A stretch of DNA of 64,000 nucleotides from a virus. Positions 9,511 to 18,760 of the stretch are shown one piece after another (position 1 is the stretch's first letter; each line of letters opens with the position of its first letter). The DNA is taken from positions 4,725 to 68,724 of the IMG/VR virus record IMGVR_UViG_3300011115_000838. One strand, 5' to 3'. The notes below the pieces were generated by a model, which was given only the letters and a program-made list of their open reading frames with translations, ran no database searches and was not told where the DNA came from. The position numbers were made by a program, and so were the translations under genes.

Positions 9511-10881
9511 ATGGCTATTAGAAACGTTCCAGAAATTTGTCCAGAAGCGTTGACAGTAAATTTACAACTTGCTACTGCGATGGGTTCATTGCAAGGAGAT
9601 GCAAGTTCTTATGGTGCATTAAACGCAACTCTTTCGCAGAGACAAGACAATGTTGTAGCTGCACTTGACCCTCGTGATTGTACAAATAAGATTTGGAAAA
9701 CTGCTGGTAACAAATTCGGTGTTACACTTGAGTATTTTTTGCCTGATTGTGAAGAGATTGACACAACTTTTGCTGAATTTACTTGTGCTGCTGGCGAAGA
9801 TGCTGTTCAAACATCTGACACAGTAGAATTTGAAATCAATCACGGTGCTGCATTTAAAGTAACTGCCACCAAGAAAGATTGGTCTGATACTTGTTGTGAT
9901 GTAGAGCCTTACTACGAAGCTGTATTAGCTGCTCGTGCTACTGGTGGTTCACAAGCTGCTGCTGTTGTAATGCAACGTTCAATTGACCAATTGATGTCAA
10001 ATGTTGGTTCTTTTGACAGAATGTATAACTTAAAGTTGCTTTCTGAAAGAATCTACAACACAGTAAATGCACCAACTACTGGTATCCTTTACAAATCAAA
10101 TGACCATGCTCTTACTAAGTTAAAAGCAGGTGCAGGTTACAACTGGGCATTAGACCCTATCACTGGAGACCCTATCGGTTCTGCTACTTGGGAATTGCCT
10201 GTATTGACTTCAAGTATTTCAGCAGCAGACCCTACTCAAATCCCTTACGGATTAAAGCGTATTGATGCGAATATGTTCCGTTTATTTATGGAAGACTTTA
10301 TTCGCAGACACCCTCGTTGTGGTCAAGGTATGACAATGGTTGGTGGTTCTATATTTAGAAAATTAGTAGCAGAAGTTGGTATCCAAGCTGGTTTTGACTT
10401 AAATGGAACAAATACAGCAGCAGTATTGCAACGTGCATTAGGTTTCTTAGGTGATTATGTTCAAGATGACCAAATTGATGCAAAATATGGTGATGGTTCA
10501 TTCTTCTTGTTAGAAGATAACGTTGCTACAATGTTTTGGATGACTTTATACGGTGACCAACGTTATAACAACGATAGTGAATACTATTGGGGTGCTACTG
10601 GTACACAGGTAGAGAAAATCAAAGGATATAGAGATGTAGGTTTGTTGCCAATTACAGTAGGTAACTGTCGTAATGGAAACTTAACACTTCCAATGGATAT
10701 GTTTATCCACACACCACATATCTCTACTTTGACTTGTGCTACAAATCCAACATTCAACATCCAAGCTAACGCTAGATATGAAGTGTTTACTCGTCCAGCA
10801 TTCGGTTGTAGCAATATGAACCCAACAACTGGTATTTACTACGGTAAGTTAGTTGATGTAATTACTGAGATTACTGCTTAA
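9511..10881 (+). CDS. Major capsid protein
   Basis: 456 aa, strongly biased codon usage, follows portal and scaffold, followed by a terminator. Confidence 0.75.
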   Translation: MAIRNVPEICPEALTVNLQLATAMGSLQGDASSYGALNATLSQRQDNVVAALDPRDCTNKIWKTAGNKFGVTLEYFLPDCEEIDTTFAEFTCAAGEDAVQTSDTVEFEINHGAAFKVTATKKDWSDTCCDVEPYYEAVLAARATGGSQAAAVVMQRSIDQLMSNVGSFDRMYNLKLLSERIYNTVNAPTTGILYKSNDHALTKLKAGAGYNWALDPITGDPIGSATWELPVLTSSISAADPTQIPYGLKRIDANMFRLFMEDFIRRHPRCGQGMTMVGGSIFRKLVAEVGIQAGFDLNGTNTAAVLQRALGFLGDYVQDDQIDAKYGDGSFFLLEDNVATMFWMTLYGDQRYNNDSEYYWGATGTQVEKIKGYRDVGLLPITVGNCRNGNLTLPMDMFIHTPHISTLTCATNPTFNIQANARYEVFTRPAFGCSNMNPTTGIYYGKLVDVITEITA

Positions 10882-10902
10882 TTAATCCACACAACAAATA
10901 AG

Positions 10903-10940
10903 CCTCGTACTGATTAAAACTTGGTGCGAGGATTTATATT
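10903..10940 (+). terminator. Intrinsic terminator after capsid gene
   Basis: CCTCGTACTGA.../...TTGGTGCGAGG stem followed by a T/A-rich tract. Confidence 0.55.
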
Positions 10941-10946
10941 ATAACC

Positions 10947-11450
10947 ATGAAAATATTTTTATTTAGAGTAGGTAAAATGTTTGCTGATAATTCTGATTTC
11001 CTTATAGATGGAAAACAAATAATAGCTATGACAATATTTGTAACTGCATGGTTAAAACCTATTTTAGATTTATTTCAAGAATATGGGTTAAATCCAGACT
11101 ATGGTATATTTGCTATTTTTGGACAAACATTTATATATATTGCAAGATATTTATATCCAAAATTCTTTCCAACACAAGATAATATAGGAGTTATTACTTG
11201 GGTTTTGAGATTTTTAGGAAATAACATATTAGCATTTACGTTTGGAATCTTCTTCACACCACTTTTGGCTAATTATATGGGAGAGCAAAATATTTCTATC
11301 ATAGGTGTTTCTACATTCATTGGTGCATTTTATGAATTAGGCTTAAAGCGATTAATAAAATATGCTTATACGCTATCACAGAAAGACACAAAGGAAGTAA
11401 TAGAAGATAAGGAAAATACAAAAGAGGTAATAGAAAACAAAGAAGTTTAA
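10947..11450 (+). CDS. Multi-pass membrane protein (holin-like)
   Basis: About 4 hydrophobic segments and a charged C-terminus. Confidence 0.55.
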   Translation: MKIFLFRVGKMFADNSDFLIDGKQIIAMTIFVTAWLKPILDLFQEYGLNPDYGIFAIFGQTFIYIARYLYPKFFPTQDNIGVITWVLRFLGNNILAFTFGIFFTPLLANYMGEQNISIIGVSTFIGAFYELGLKRLIKYAYTLSQKDTKEVIEDKENTKEVIENKEV

Positions 11451-11470
11451 TTATTTTATTCACATTTTAA

Positions 11471-11734
11471 ATGGAAATATCAATCAAATCTATATTCGGA
11501 ACTTTCGAGCCTTTTTTTGCATTCATTGTTACGATGAGCATATTTAAAGGAAATTTTGTTACAATACTAACTTCGCAAGTTGTAGAAGAAAGAATAAGGA
11601 TTTTGATGGCTATATTATTTTCCATTTATTATGTAATTAAAATAGTAAGATGGTTTGAAATAAAAGATGAGGTTGCAAATATAAAAACAAGGCTTGATGA
11701 GCTTGAAAAATTAGGAAAAACAAAAAATAAATAG
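11471..11734 (+). CDS. Small 2-TM membrane protein (holin-like)
   Basis: Two hydrophobic helices and a basic C-terminal tail. Confidence 0.55.
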   Translation: MEISIKSIFGTFEPFFAFIVTMSIFKGNFVTILTSQVVEERIRILMAILFSIYYVIKIVRWFEIKDEVANIKTRLDELEKLGKTKNK

Positions 11735-11754
11735 TATATTTAACAAAAAAAACA

Positions 11755-12297
11755 ATGAAATATTTAATCTTATTATTGTCGTTTATTTCTTTTGGAGCAT
11801 TTGCACAGGCATTTAATACTGACAAAGCAATGCCAACAAAAACAAACTTTTACCCACAAGGTAGTAAGTTGTATGTAAAATCTCAAAACAAGCCTATTGC
11901 AGAAGTTCAAATGAACAGAGCATCAACATTCTCTCTTTTTAGTAAAAAAGATACGTTAAATTTTGATACTTATAGCTTTGGATTTTCTAACAATGGAACA
12001 AATTTAGGTCAATCATTAGTATTGAGTTATGTAAAAGCAATTCCAAGCGATACTATAACTTATTCAACAGTTATTAAATTTAAAGATGGAAATGTAGGAG
12101 TAGGAGGCACACCAACAGCCCCTTTTCAAGTATTTGGAACTAAAGGCTCTATTCCTGCCCCACTAATGACTACTACCCAAATTAATGCGATTACATCTCC
12201 AACGAATGGTATGTTAGTTTACAATACAACATTAAATGTATATTGTTTCTATGATACAGTATCTTGGAAAAAAGTTTCAAGTACTGCTATGAACTAA
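11755..12297 (+). CDS. Signal-peptide protein with fibre-like GNVGVG motif and C-terminal MTTTQINAITSP domain
   Basis: MKYLILLLSFISFGAFA|Q; C-terminus paralogous to 12703..14793. Confidence 0.7.
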   Translation: MKYLILLLSFISFGAFAQAFNTDKAMPTKTNFYPQGSKLYVKSQNKPIAEVQMNRASTFSLFSKKDTLNFDTYSFGFSNNGTNLGQSLVLSYVKAIPSDTITYSTVIKFKDGNVGVGGTPTAPFQVFGTKGSIPAPLMTTTQINAITSPTNGMLVYNTTLNVYCFYDTVSWKKVSSTAMN

Positions 12298-12310
12298 TTA
12301 CCAAAAAAAA

Positions 12311-12721
12311 ATGGCTTGTAAGGTTCAAAATAGAATACCTGTATTAATAGATTGTGACGGAGTAAATCTTGATTTTACTAGCTTTAATCTTGCGTACACA
12401 GCACTTCCTTATGGTGGGGTCGTTACCAACACAGGTGGTGACGATGCCACTATTCCACTTGTTAATAGTACTAATGCAGGACTAATGTCTCCTGCAATGT
12501 TAGCTTCAATAAAGCCAACTCTCATCATTGAAATATCTAATCTTTCTGATGGAGATGTTATCAATCACAATCTGAATGGAAACGTATTAGTTCAATATGT
12601 TTATGATTTAGAAATACAGGGAGGTTTTAAAGGAGAAAAACTAAACAACAACAATTCAATATTTAGAACACCAGTTGATGGTGTCTTTTCGGGATATTTA
12701 ATATGCACAAAATTAAGCTAA
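12311..12721 (+). CDS. Putative fibre-associated structural protein
   Basis: ATIPLVNSTNAGLMS motif typical of phage fibre segments; no signal peptide. Confidence 0.5.
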   Translation: MACKVQNRIPVLIDCDGVNLDFTSFNLAYTALPYGGVVTNTGGDDATIPLVNSTNAGLMSPAMLASIKPTLIIEISNLSDGDVINHNLNGNVLVQYVYDLEIQGGFKGEKLNNNNSIFRTPVDGVFSGYLICTKLS

Positions 12722-14793
12722 TATTACTTCTAATACTTCCATTATCTGTTCTTGGACAGGATTTAGGAATTATTGACACAAGAACTACTAAGAATCCAGC
12801 TTTAAATGGAACTTATCGTATTAGTACTGATGGTAAAAACCTGTTTTTTAGGAACTTTATTGGACTTTCTAAAAAGGTAGCAAATACAGATAGTGCTACT
12901 TTTACAGGATTAATCACATTACCAGCAACTACATCAATAGGAAGCGTAAGTTCTACTGAATTGAGCTATTTGGATGGAGTTACAAGCTCTATCCAAACAC
13001 AATTAGGTAATAAACAAGCTCAATTGAATGGCACAGGTTTTGTGAAAGCAAGTGGAACTACTATTTCTTATGATAATAGCACATACTTAACTACATCAAG
13101 TGCTTCTAGTACTTATCTACCATTAGCTGGTGGCACACTAACTGGAAATTTAACATTAAATAATGGCGGTAAATTTGTAGGGCAAGTTGGTACTTATTAT
13201 AATGGAAATCAAGTTATTGTTGATTTTTTTGGTACAACTTATGGTAGAATACAATCATATAATGCTGTTGGTTCATTTGGAATGCCATTAGTATTACAAG
13301 GAAGTGGAGGAAATGTAGGAATAGGAACAGTACCAACTTTAAGAAGATTAGAAGTTAGTGATGCTATTAGAAGTATAAGTAATTTTGCTGGATTTGAATC
13401 AATTCATGCTATATCTGGTACTTCTTATAGATGGATTTTAAATAATGATGATAAGTATTACTTACAAAGTAGTAGTGATAAATTTGTTGCAAATTCTTCT
13501 ACAAGATTACTAATTGACAATAGTGGCAATGTAGGAATAGGAACGACTTCGCCAAGTGAAAAACTTAATGTATCAGGTAATATTCTTGCAACAGGAACAG
13601 TATTAGGAAGTAATCTAAGTGGAACAAATACAGGCGACGATGCAACTAATACTCAATATAGCGGATTAGCTACAAGTAAACAAGATGCGTTAAGCGGTAC
13701 AGGATTTGTAAAGGCAAGTGGAACTACTATTTCTTATGATAATAGCACATATTTAACAACTTCTACTGCTGCTTCAACTTACTTACCGATTAGTAATCCG
13801 ACAACAACAGGAACATTAACAGCACCTACAATTACAAATACGTTAGGAGCTAATTTTGCAACAAGTTCGGGTAATGTTGGTATAGGAACAACATCACCTT
13901 CATCAAAATTACATATTTCTGGAAGTGGAGATAACAAATTAAAAATAGCAAGTACGGCAACAAATAACCCTTATCTTAATTTGACATTACAAAATACAGG
14001 CTCAACTCCAATTGGAGTTTTAGAGGCTGGGGATGGAGTTGCGTATAGAGCATTAGCTTTAAATCCAACTTCGGGTAACGTTATGATTGGAACTTCCAGT
14101 AATGCTGGATATAAACTTGATGTCAATGGAACATTTAATGCTAATTCTATCTATACAAAAGATAACCAAAGTGGTTATGCAGGAAATTATGGAAGATATT
14201 CTGTTGCATATCCTTATGCTACGTTTACCACGTCAGGTGCATGGGGATACGATTGGCAAGTGAATGGAACTTCAAAAATGACAATGTCTTCAAGCGGAAA
14301 TGTCGGTATAGGAGCTACTCCAGGAGCTCAATCTTTACAAGTTTATTCAAGCACAAATGATATTGCTTTTCAAGCTATAAATGGTAAAACAACTGGAACA
14401 AATTATGCAGTTGCTGGAACTGCAAGTGGAGCTGGAGGTACTTTAAACATGGGAGGCTTCTTTTATGCAGATGGTGCAACTACTAATCATGGAATAAGGG
14501 TATTTAATGTAACAGCAGCAGCAAATAATTATGCTTTATTTATAGATTCTCCAGCAAAATCTTATTTTCAAGGAAGTGTAGGTGTAGGAACAACAACACC
14601 AGCAGCTTCATCAATCCTTGATATAACATCAACAACAAAAGGCATTTTATTTCCTCGCATGACAACAACAGAAATAAATGCAATAACATCGCCTGCCGAT
14701 GGATTAACGGTGTACAATACAACATTAAAAGTAATTTGCTTTTACGATTCAAGTGCAGCAGCTTGGAGAAAAGTTTCACATTCGGCTATGTAA
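12703..14793 (+). CDS. Tail-fibre-like protein (GNVGIGT repeats) with N-terminal signal peptide
   Basis: Repeated GNVGIG(T), YLPLAGGTLTG, duplicated GTGFVKASGTTISYDNSTYLTTS; MHKIKLILLLILPLSVLG|Q. Confidence 0.75.
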   Translation: MHKIKLILLLILPLSVLGQDLGIIDTRTTKNPALNGTYRISTDGKNLFFRNFIGLSKKVANTDSATFTGLITLPATTSIGSVSSTELSYLDGVTSSIQTQLGNKQAQLNGTGFVKASGTTISYDNSTYLTTSSASSTYLPLAGGTLTGNLTLNNGGKFVGQVGTYYNGNQVIVDFFGTTYGRIQSYNAVGSFGMPLVLQGSGGNVGIGTVPTLRRLEVSDAIRSISNFAGFESIHAISGTSYRWILNNDDKYYLQSSSDKFVANSSTRLLIDNSGNVGIGTTSPSEKLNVSGNILATGTVLGSNLSGTNTGDDATNTQYSGLATSKQDALSGTGFVKASGTTISYDNSTYLTTSTAASTYLPISNPTTTGTLTAPTITNTLGANFATSSGNVGIGTTSPSSKLHISGSGDNKLKIASTATNNPYLNLTLQNTGSTPIGVLEAGDGVAYRALALNPTSGNVMIGTSSNAGYKLDVNGTFNANSIYTKDNQSGYAGNYGRYSVAYPYATFTTSGAWGYDWQVNGTSKMTMSSSGNVGIGATPGAQSLQVYSSTNDIAFQAINGKTTGTNYAVAGTASGAGGTLNMGGFFYADGATTNHGIRVFNVTAAANNYALFIDSPAKSYFQGSVGVGTTTPAASSILDITSTTKGILFPRMTTTEINAITSPADGLTVYNTTLKVICFYDSSAAAWRKVSHSAM

Positions 14794-14822
14794 CATATCC
14801 TAATATAATAAATAACCACGTA

Positions 14823-15266
14823 ATGAAAAATACAATTTTAATTTTTGCAATCATTTTTATTTCATTAACAAGTAACGCTCAGTCATTTACTTTTAAAGTA
14901 AACCCTTACACATTTCAAGATGAAACTCGTAAATCGGTAACTATTGTAGGTATTAGAGCAAGGATTATAAATAATATTGAGTGTAATTTAAGTGATTCTA
15001 CCTTTTATAGACAACTTTACATTGATTTTAAGACATCTACCGTTGAATCTTATGGAAGTTTAAACACTGACACAGGCAAAATGGCAAGTGAATTATCTAC
15101 TAATATGAGTATCCCTTTGACTAATGCAAAGTCACTTATTTTAGAAATTTGCAAGAAGTTAGAATATGGAACAATTGCCGAAAAATACTCTGCAGCAGGA
15201 CAATTAGCAGCAGGGTACGGATATACTTTAAAGCCTTTAGCTGAACAAGTTATTGAACAAGAATGA
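14823..15266 (+). CDS. Signal-peptide protein (possible fibre chaperone)
   Basis: ATG at 14823: MKNTILIFAIIFISLTSNA|Q. Confidence 0.65.
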   Translation: MKNTILIFAIIFISLTSNAQSFTFKVNPYTFQDETRKSVTIVGIRARIINNIECNLSDSTFYRQLYIDFKTSTVESYGSLNTDTGKMASELSTNMSIPLTNAKSLILEICKKLEYGTIAEKYSAAGQLAAGYGYTLKPLAEQVIEQE

Positions 15267-15604
15267 CAATTTATCCAGAAATAAGGATAAGTAAATCAGA
15301 TAAACTTGATTGGCAAATAACAGAAGATTGCTTACTAATTAAGTATAACATCATTATAAAAAATGGTTTTAAGACCGATTTAGTAAGCTCTACACGCTTA
15401 TTTTGGTTTATAATTCCACCACATGGTCTTTCTGCAAATGCTTCAATAGTACATGATTATATTTGGAGAAACAATATATTTAGCAGAAAACATTGTGACA
15501 AGATATTCTTAGAACTATTAATTGAATCAGTACCAAAGTGGCAAGCATATATAATGTATGCAGTAGTTAGAACCTTTGGTTGGATGAAAAATAACAAATT
15601 ATAA
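15263..15604 (+). CDS. DUF1353-family protein
   Basis: GFKTDLVSS...ASIVHDYIW...CDKIF...MYAVVRTFG signature. Confidence 0.8.
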   Translation: MTIYPEIRISKSDKLDWQITEDCLLIKYNIIIKNGFKTDLVSSTRLFWFIIPPHGLSANASIVHDYIWRNNIFSRKHCDKIFLELLIESVPKWQAYIMYAVVRTFGWMKNNKL

Positions 15605-15611
15605 AATCTTT

Positions 15612-17510
15612 ATGAAGAAGTTTATATTATTATTATTGCCATTTTTATCTTTTGCACAAGATAAACCTTACACAGTAGATACTACAGGAAATGTTTTTAT
15701 AGTATTTATGACTAATGATTCTACTGCACAAGTATATCAAGGAAAGCATACAACTTTTACATCTGATGGAATATTTGCAAAAGATTTAGCAAGTTTTAAT
15801 TTAAAATTTAAAGGATTTTCAAGATTTATTATTAAGGAAGATAATAATGTACATAATAAACCTTATCATCCAATTAATCCTATAATTCCAGTAGAGCCTA
15901 TTGTTCCAATAGTTCCTATAATTCCTATAGAGCCTATTATTCCTATTGTTCCAATAGTTCCTATTATACCAATAGAACCATCAAAAGATTTGTTTCCTAA
16001 TGTAAATTATGCAAAAAATACATACTTTTTAGAGCCGTTACAATGGGATTATGTAAAAAATAATAAGCCGAATGTGTCAAACATGGCTGGATATGATTTT
16101 GCACCTATGGTAGCAAATCAAGAAAGCAAGTATAAATATAGAGAATGGAATCAGTCTTATAGTGCAAGTATTGGCAAAGATGTATGGGAAGATAAAGGAA
16201 CTTACTTTTTAAAACCAAAAGGTTATTTTACAGATTTATCAAATAACTTGATGGATTTTGATTTAAGATTTCCAAACTTCTCTTTACCTAAAAATAAGAT
16301 TGTAGTTATTCAACCAACTCCTACAAGAGAAATTGGTGCATATAATTATCTAAAAAAGGGAGTTTCTTATGCTAAAAATATTCAAGGAAGCAAAGGATAT
16401 GTATTTGTATCTGACGCATGGTTAATAGGTTTAGGTTGCCCTCCTGCTTATGGTGTATCACAAGAAATATTTGATAATTGGGCTTATAATGTAGATGAAG
16501 ACCAATTACTTCAATCATTTATATCAAACGTATATTATCCAAACAAAGATAATGGATATGTAATGTTAAATTGGGAACACGTAGGACATAGATGGAATGT
16601 AAGGAAAGATAAGATAATTAGATGCTTAGAATATTGGAAAAATAACCCACATACTGCTAAGATGGCACTTTGGACTGTATCAACGGTATCAATGGGTAAG
16701 CCAATATTTCAAGGATATGGATTGGATTTCTCAGACATACTAAATTTTAATGGCTCAATTGATGAACTAAGACAAAAATATGGTTCATTTATGACAGTAG
16801 ATGATTCTTACGGTAAGTATGTAGAAATAGCACAAGTAGGAGGTTATATGAACTATCCAATTGATGATGGAGTAGTTCATCATTATTTATTTGAATTACT
16901 TTTGAACAAGAAATATACTCAAAAACAAGTATTATCTACGTTTTGGTTTGACCAAGAATTAATTGACAATTTTAATATAGAAAGAGTTAGAGTAGATTCA
17001 AAAGATGGAACGTATTTTGCTCAAGTAAAACCAAAAGTATTTCCAAGTGTAGCTTTTAATATGGGAGTATGGAGTTTATTAGGCGATGGAATTGACTTAT
17101 GGAGTGACCCTAATTATTGGACAGATAAAAAAGAATATTGGGGATGGGGTGCAATAGATTCAAACGGTAATGAATTGCCAAATAAGCATGATGAATTTGG
17201 TTCTAAATATCCAAGTCAACCAATAAAAAATGTGGATTGGTTAATGGCTGGAGTTTGGGCAATGAGTCAAAATAAAGACATTATTGAGTACAATTCTGAA
17301 TGGAAATTTCAAAATCTTCCAACAAAATCTTATCACACAAGAACACCATTAATTGCATATAAAGTATTTAATAATGAAGCCTTAGTATTAGCTTACGATG
17401 GTTTTTGTGAAGCAGATGCAAAGCAAGAATTAAGTGTACAGATAAATGGAAAATCTTATCCAATAAAAACATACGGAAGATATACCTCTGTAATTAGAAT
17501 TAAATTATGA
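15612..17510 (+). CDS. Signal-peptide protein with Pro/Ile-rich linker and aromatic-rich, possibly glycan-active domain
   Basis: MKKFILLLLPFLSFA|Q; (P-I-I/V)n linker; Trp/Tyr-rich domain with LNWEH motif. Confidence 0.6.
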   Translation: MKKFILLLLPFLSFAQDKPYTVDTTGNVFIVFMTNDSTAQVYQGKHTTFTSDGIFAKDLASFNLKFKGFSRFIIKEDNNVHNKPYHPINPIIPVEPIVPIVPIIPIEPIIPIVPIVPIIPIEPSKDLFPNVNYAKNTYFLEPLQWDYVKNNKPNVSNMAGYDFAPMVANQESKYKYREWNQSYSASIGKDVWEDKGTYFLKPKGYFTDLSNNLMDFDLRFPNFSLPKNKIVVIQPTPTREIGAYNYLKKGVSYAKNIQGSKGYVFVSDAWLIGLGCPPAYGVSQEIFDNWAYNVDEDQLLQSFISNVYYPNKDNGYVMLNWEHVGHRWNVRKDKIIRCLEYWKNNPHTAKMALWTVSTVSMGKPIFQGYGLDFSDILNFNGSIDELRQKYGSFMTVDDSYGKYVEIAQVGGYMNYPIDDGVVHHYLFELLLNKKYTQKQVLSTFWFDQELIDNFNIERVRVDSKDGTYFAQVKPKVFPSVAFNMGVWSLLGDGIDLWSDPNYWTDKKEYWGWGAIDSNGNELPNKHDEFGSKYPSQPIKNVDWLMAGVWAMSQNKDIIEYNSEWKFQNLPTKSYHTRTPLIAYKVFNNEALVLAYDGFCEADAKQELSVQINGKSYPIKTYGRYTSVIRIKL

Positions 17511-18070
17511 AACAGTTTTTTGATGAAATAAAGCCTTTATTTGGCAGTTTTAGTCAAGCTCAAGTAGATGGGATAAATATTCTATTAGAAACTTGTAAAG
17601 AGTTTAAACTAAATACATCAGAGACTGCTTATGTATTAGCAACTGCATTCCATGAAACATGGAAAACTATGCAACCAATAGAAGAAATTGGTAAAGGAAA
17701 GAAATATGATTATGGAATAAGACTAAAGATGAATCGTAAGCCATATTTTGACTCAACTCAAATATTTTATGGAAGGGGTTTCGTTCAAGTTACTTGGTAT
17801 GAGAATTATAAAAAACTAACTAAAGCAAATGATAAAGGCTGGGATTTCTTTGCTAATCCACACCTATTATTAGAATTAATACCGTCTGCTTGGGCGATGG
17901 TATATGGAATGAAGACTGGATTGTTTACTGGCAAGAAATTATCCACATTTATTCAACAAAATGATTTACAAAAAAATGATTTTATTAATGCTAGAAAAGT
18001 TGTTAATGGACTCGACAAAGCAGAACAAATTGCAGAATATGCACAAACATTTAAAAACGCACTATTATGA
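17507..18070 (+). CDS. Endolysin, glycoside hydrolase family 19
   Basis: AYVLATAFHET...PIEE...FYGRGFVQVTWYENY...ARKVVNGLDKA. Confidence 0.88.
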   Translation: MKQFFDEIKPLFGSFSQAQVDGINILLETCKEFKLNTSETAYVLATAFHETWKTMQPIEEIGKGKKYDYGIRLKMNRKPYFDSTQIFYGRGFVQVTWYENYKKLTKANDKGWDFFANPHLLLELIPSAWAMVYGMKTGLFTGKKLSTFIQQNDLQKNDFINARKVVNGLDKAEQIAEYAQTFKNALL

Positions 18071-18489
18071 TTAAGTTCTTAAACCTACAAAGCATTGTTA
18101 CAATACTCGCCTGTGTTGGAGTATTTTTTATCACAAGAGGGATTGTTAAAATATCTTCTAAGAAAGAAATTAACAGGCTTGATAAAAAGATTAGTATCTT
18201 GCAAGAGAAAGCACAAAAAGACAGTTTGCAAATAGCAAATTGTAAATTAGAAGTGTTTAACTTAAATCAAACTGTTGATGCTAGTAAGAGTAATACTCAA
18301 GAGTTTCAGTCAGTAATTGCTCAAATAAAAAAAGAGCGAGATAACTATAAAACTGAATACTTTAAATCAGAGCAGTATATAAAGTGTATGGAAGAAAGTG
18401 GCAATATGAGATATTTTGTAAAAGGATGTTTTTCATCGTGGTATGTTGAGCAAAAAGAAAAACCAAGCAAGATTAAAGAACTAAAATAA
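18067..18489 (+). CDS. Probable inner-membrane spanin (Rz-like)
   Basis: N-terminal TM segment plus coiled coil, directly after the endolysin. Confidence 0.55.
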   Translation: MIKFLNLQSIVTILACVGVFFITRGIVKISSKKEINRLDKKISILQEKAQKDSLQIANCKLEVFNLNQTVDASKSNTQEFQSVIAQIKKERDNYKTEYFKSEQYIKCMEESGNMRYFVKGCFSSWYVEQKEKPSKIKELK

Positions 18490-18490
18490 C

Positions 18491-18760
18491 ATGGCTGACA
18501 AATCTAAGATGAAATGTAACGTAGTTGTTACATCAGACAGGAAAGGAAAGAAAAAGATGGTTAAGGTTTGTGAAGATGGCAAAGAAAAACTAATACATTT
18601 CGGAGCAGACGGATACAAATCAAACTATTCAGACAAAGCTCGTGAAAGATTCAGAGCAAGACATGATTGTGATAATGCAAAAGATAAAACGACTGCAAGA
18701 TATTGGGCGTGTAAAGCCTTGTGGTCTCCTGATAGTCCTAAATATTTAAAAGGAAAATAA
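18491..18760 (+). CDS. Small basic protein (DUF5754-like)
   Basis: KLIHFGADGY...RERFRARHDC...TARYWA..LW motif. Confidence 0.6.
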   Translation: MADKSKMKCNVVVTSDRKGKKKMVKVCEDGKEKLIHFGADGYKSNYSDKARERFRARHDCDNAKDKTTARYWACKALWSPDSPKYLKGK

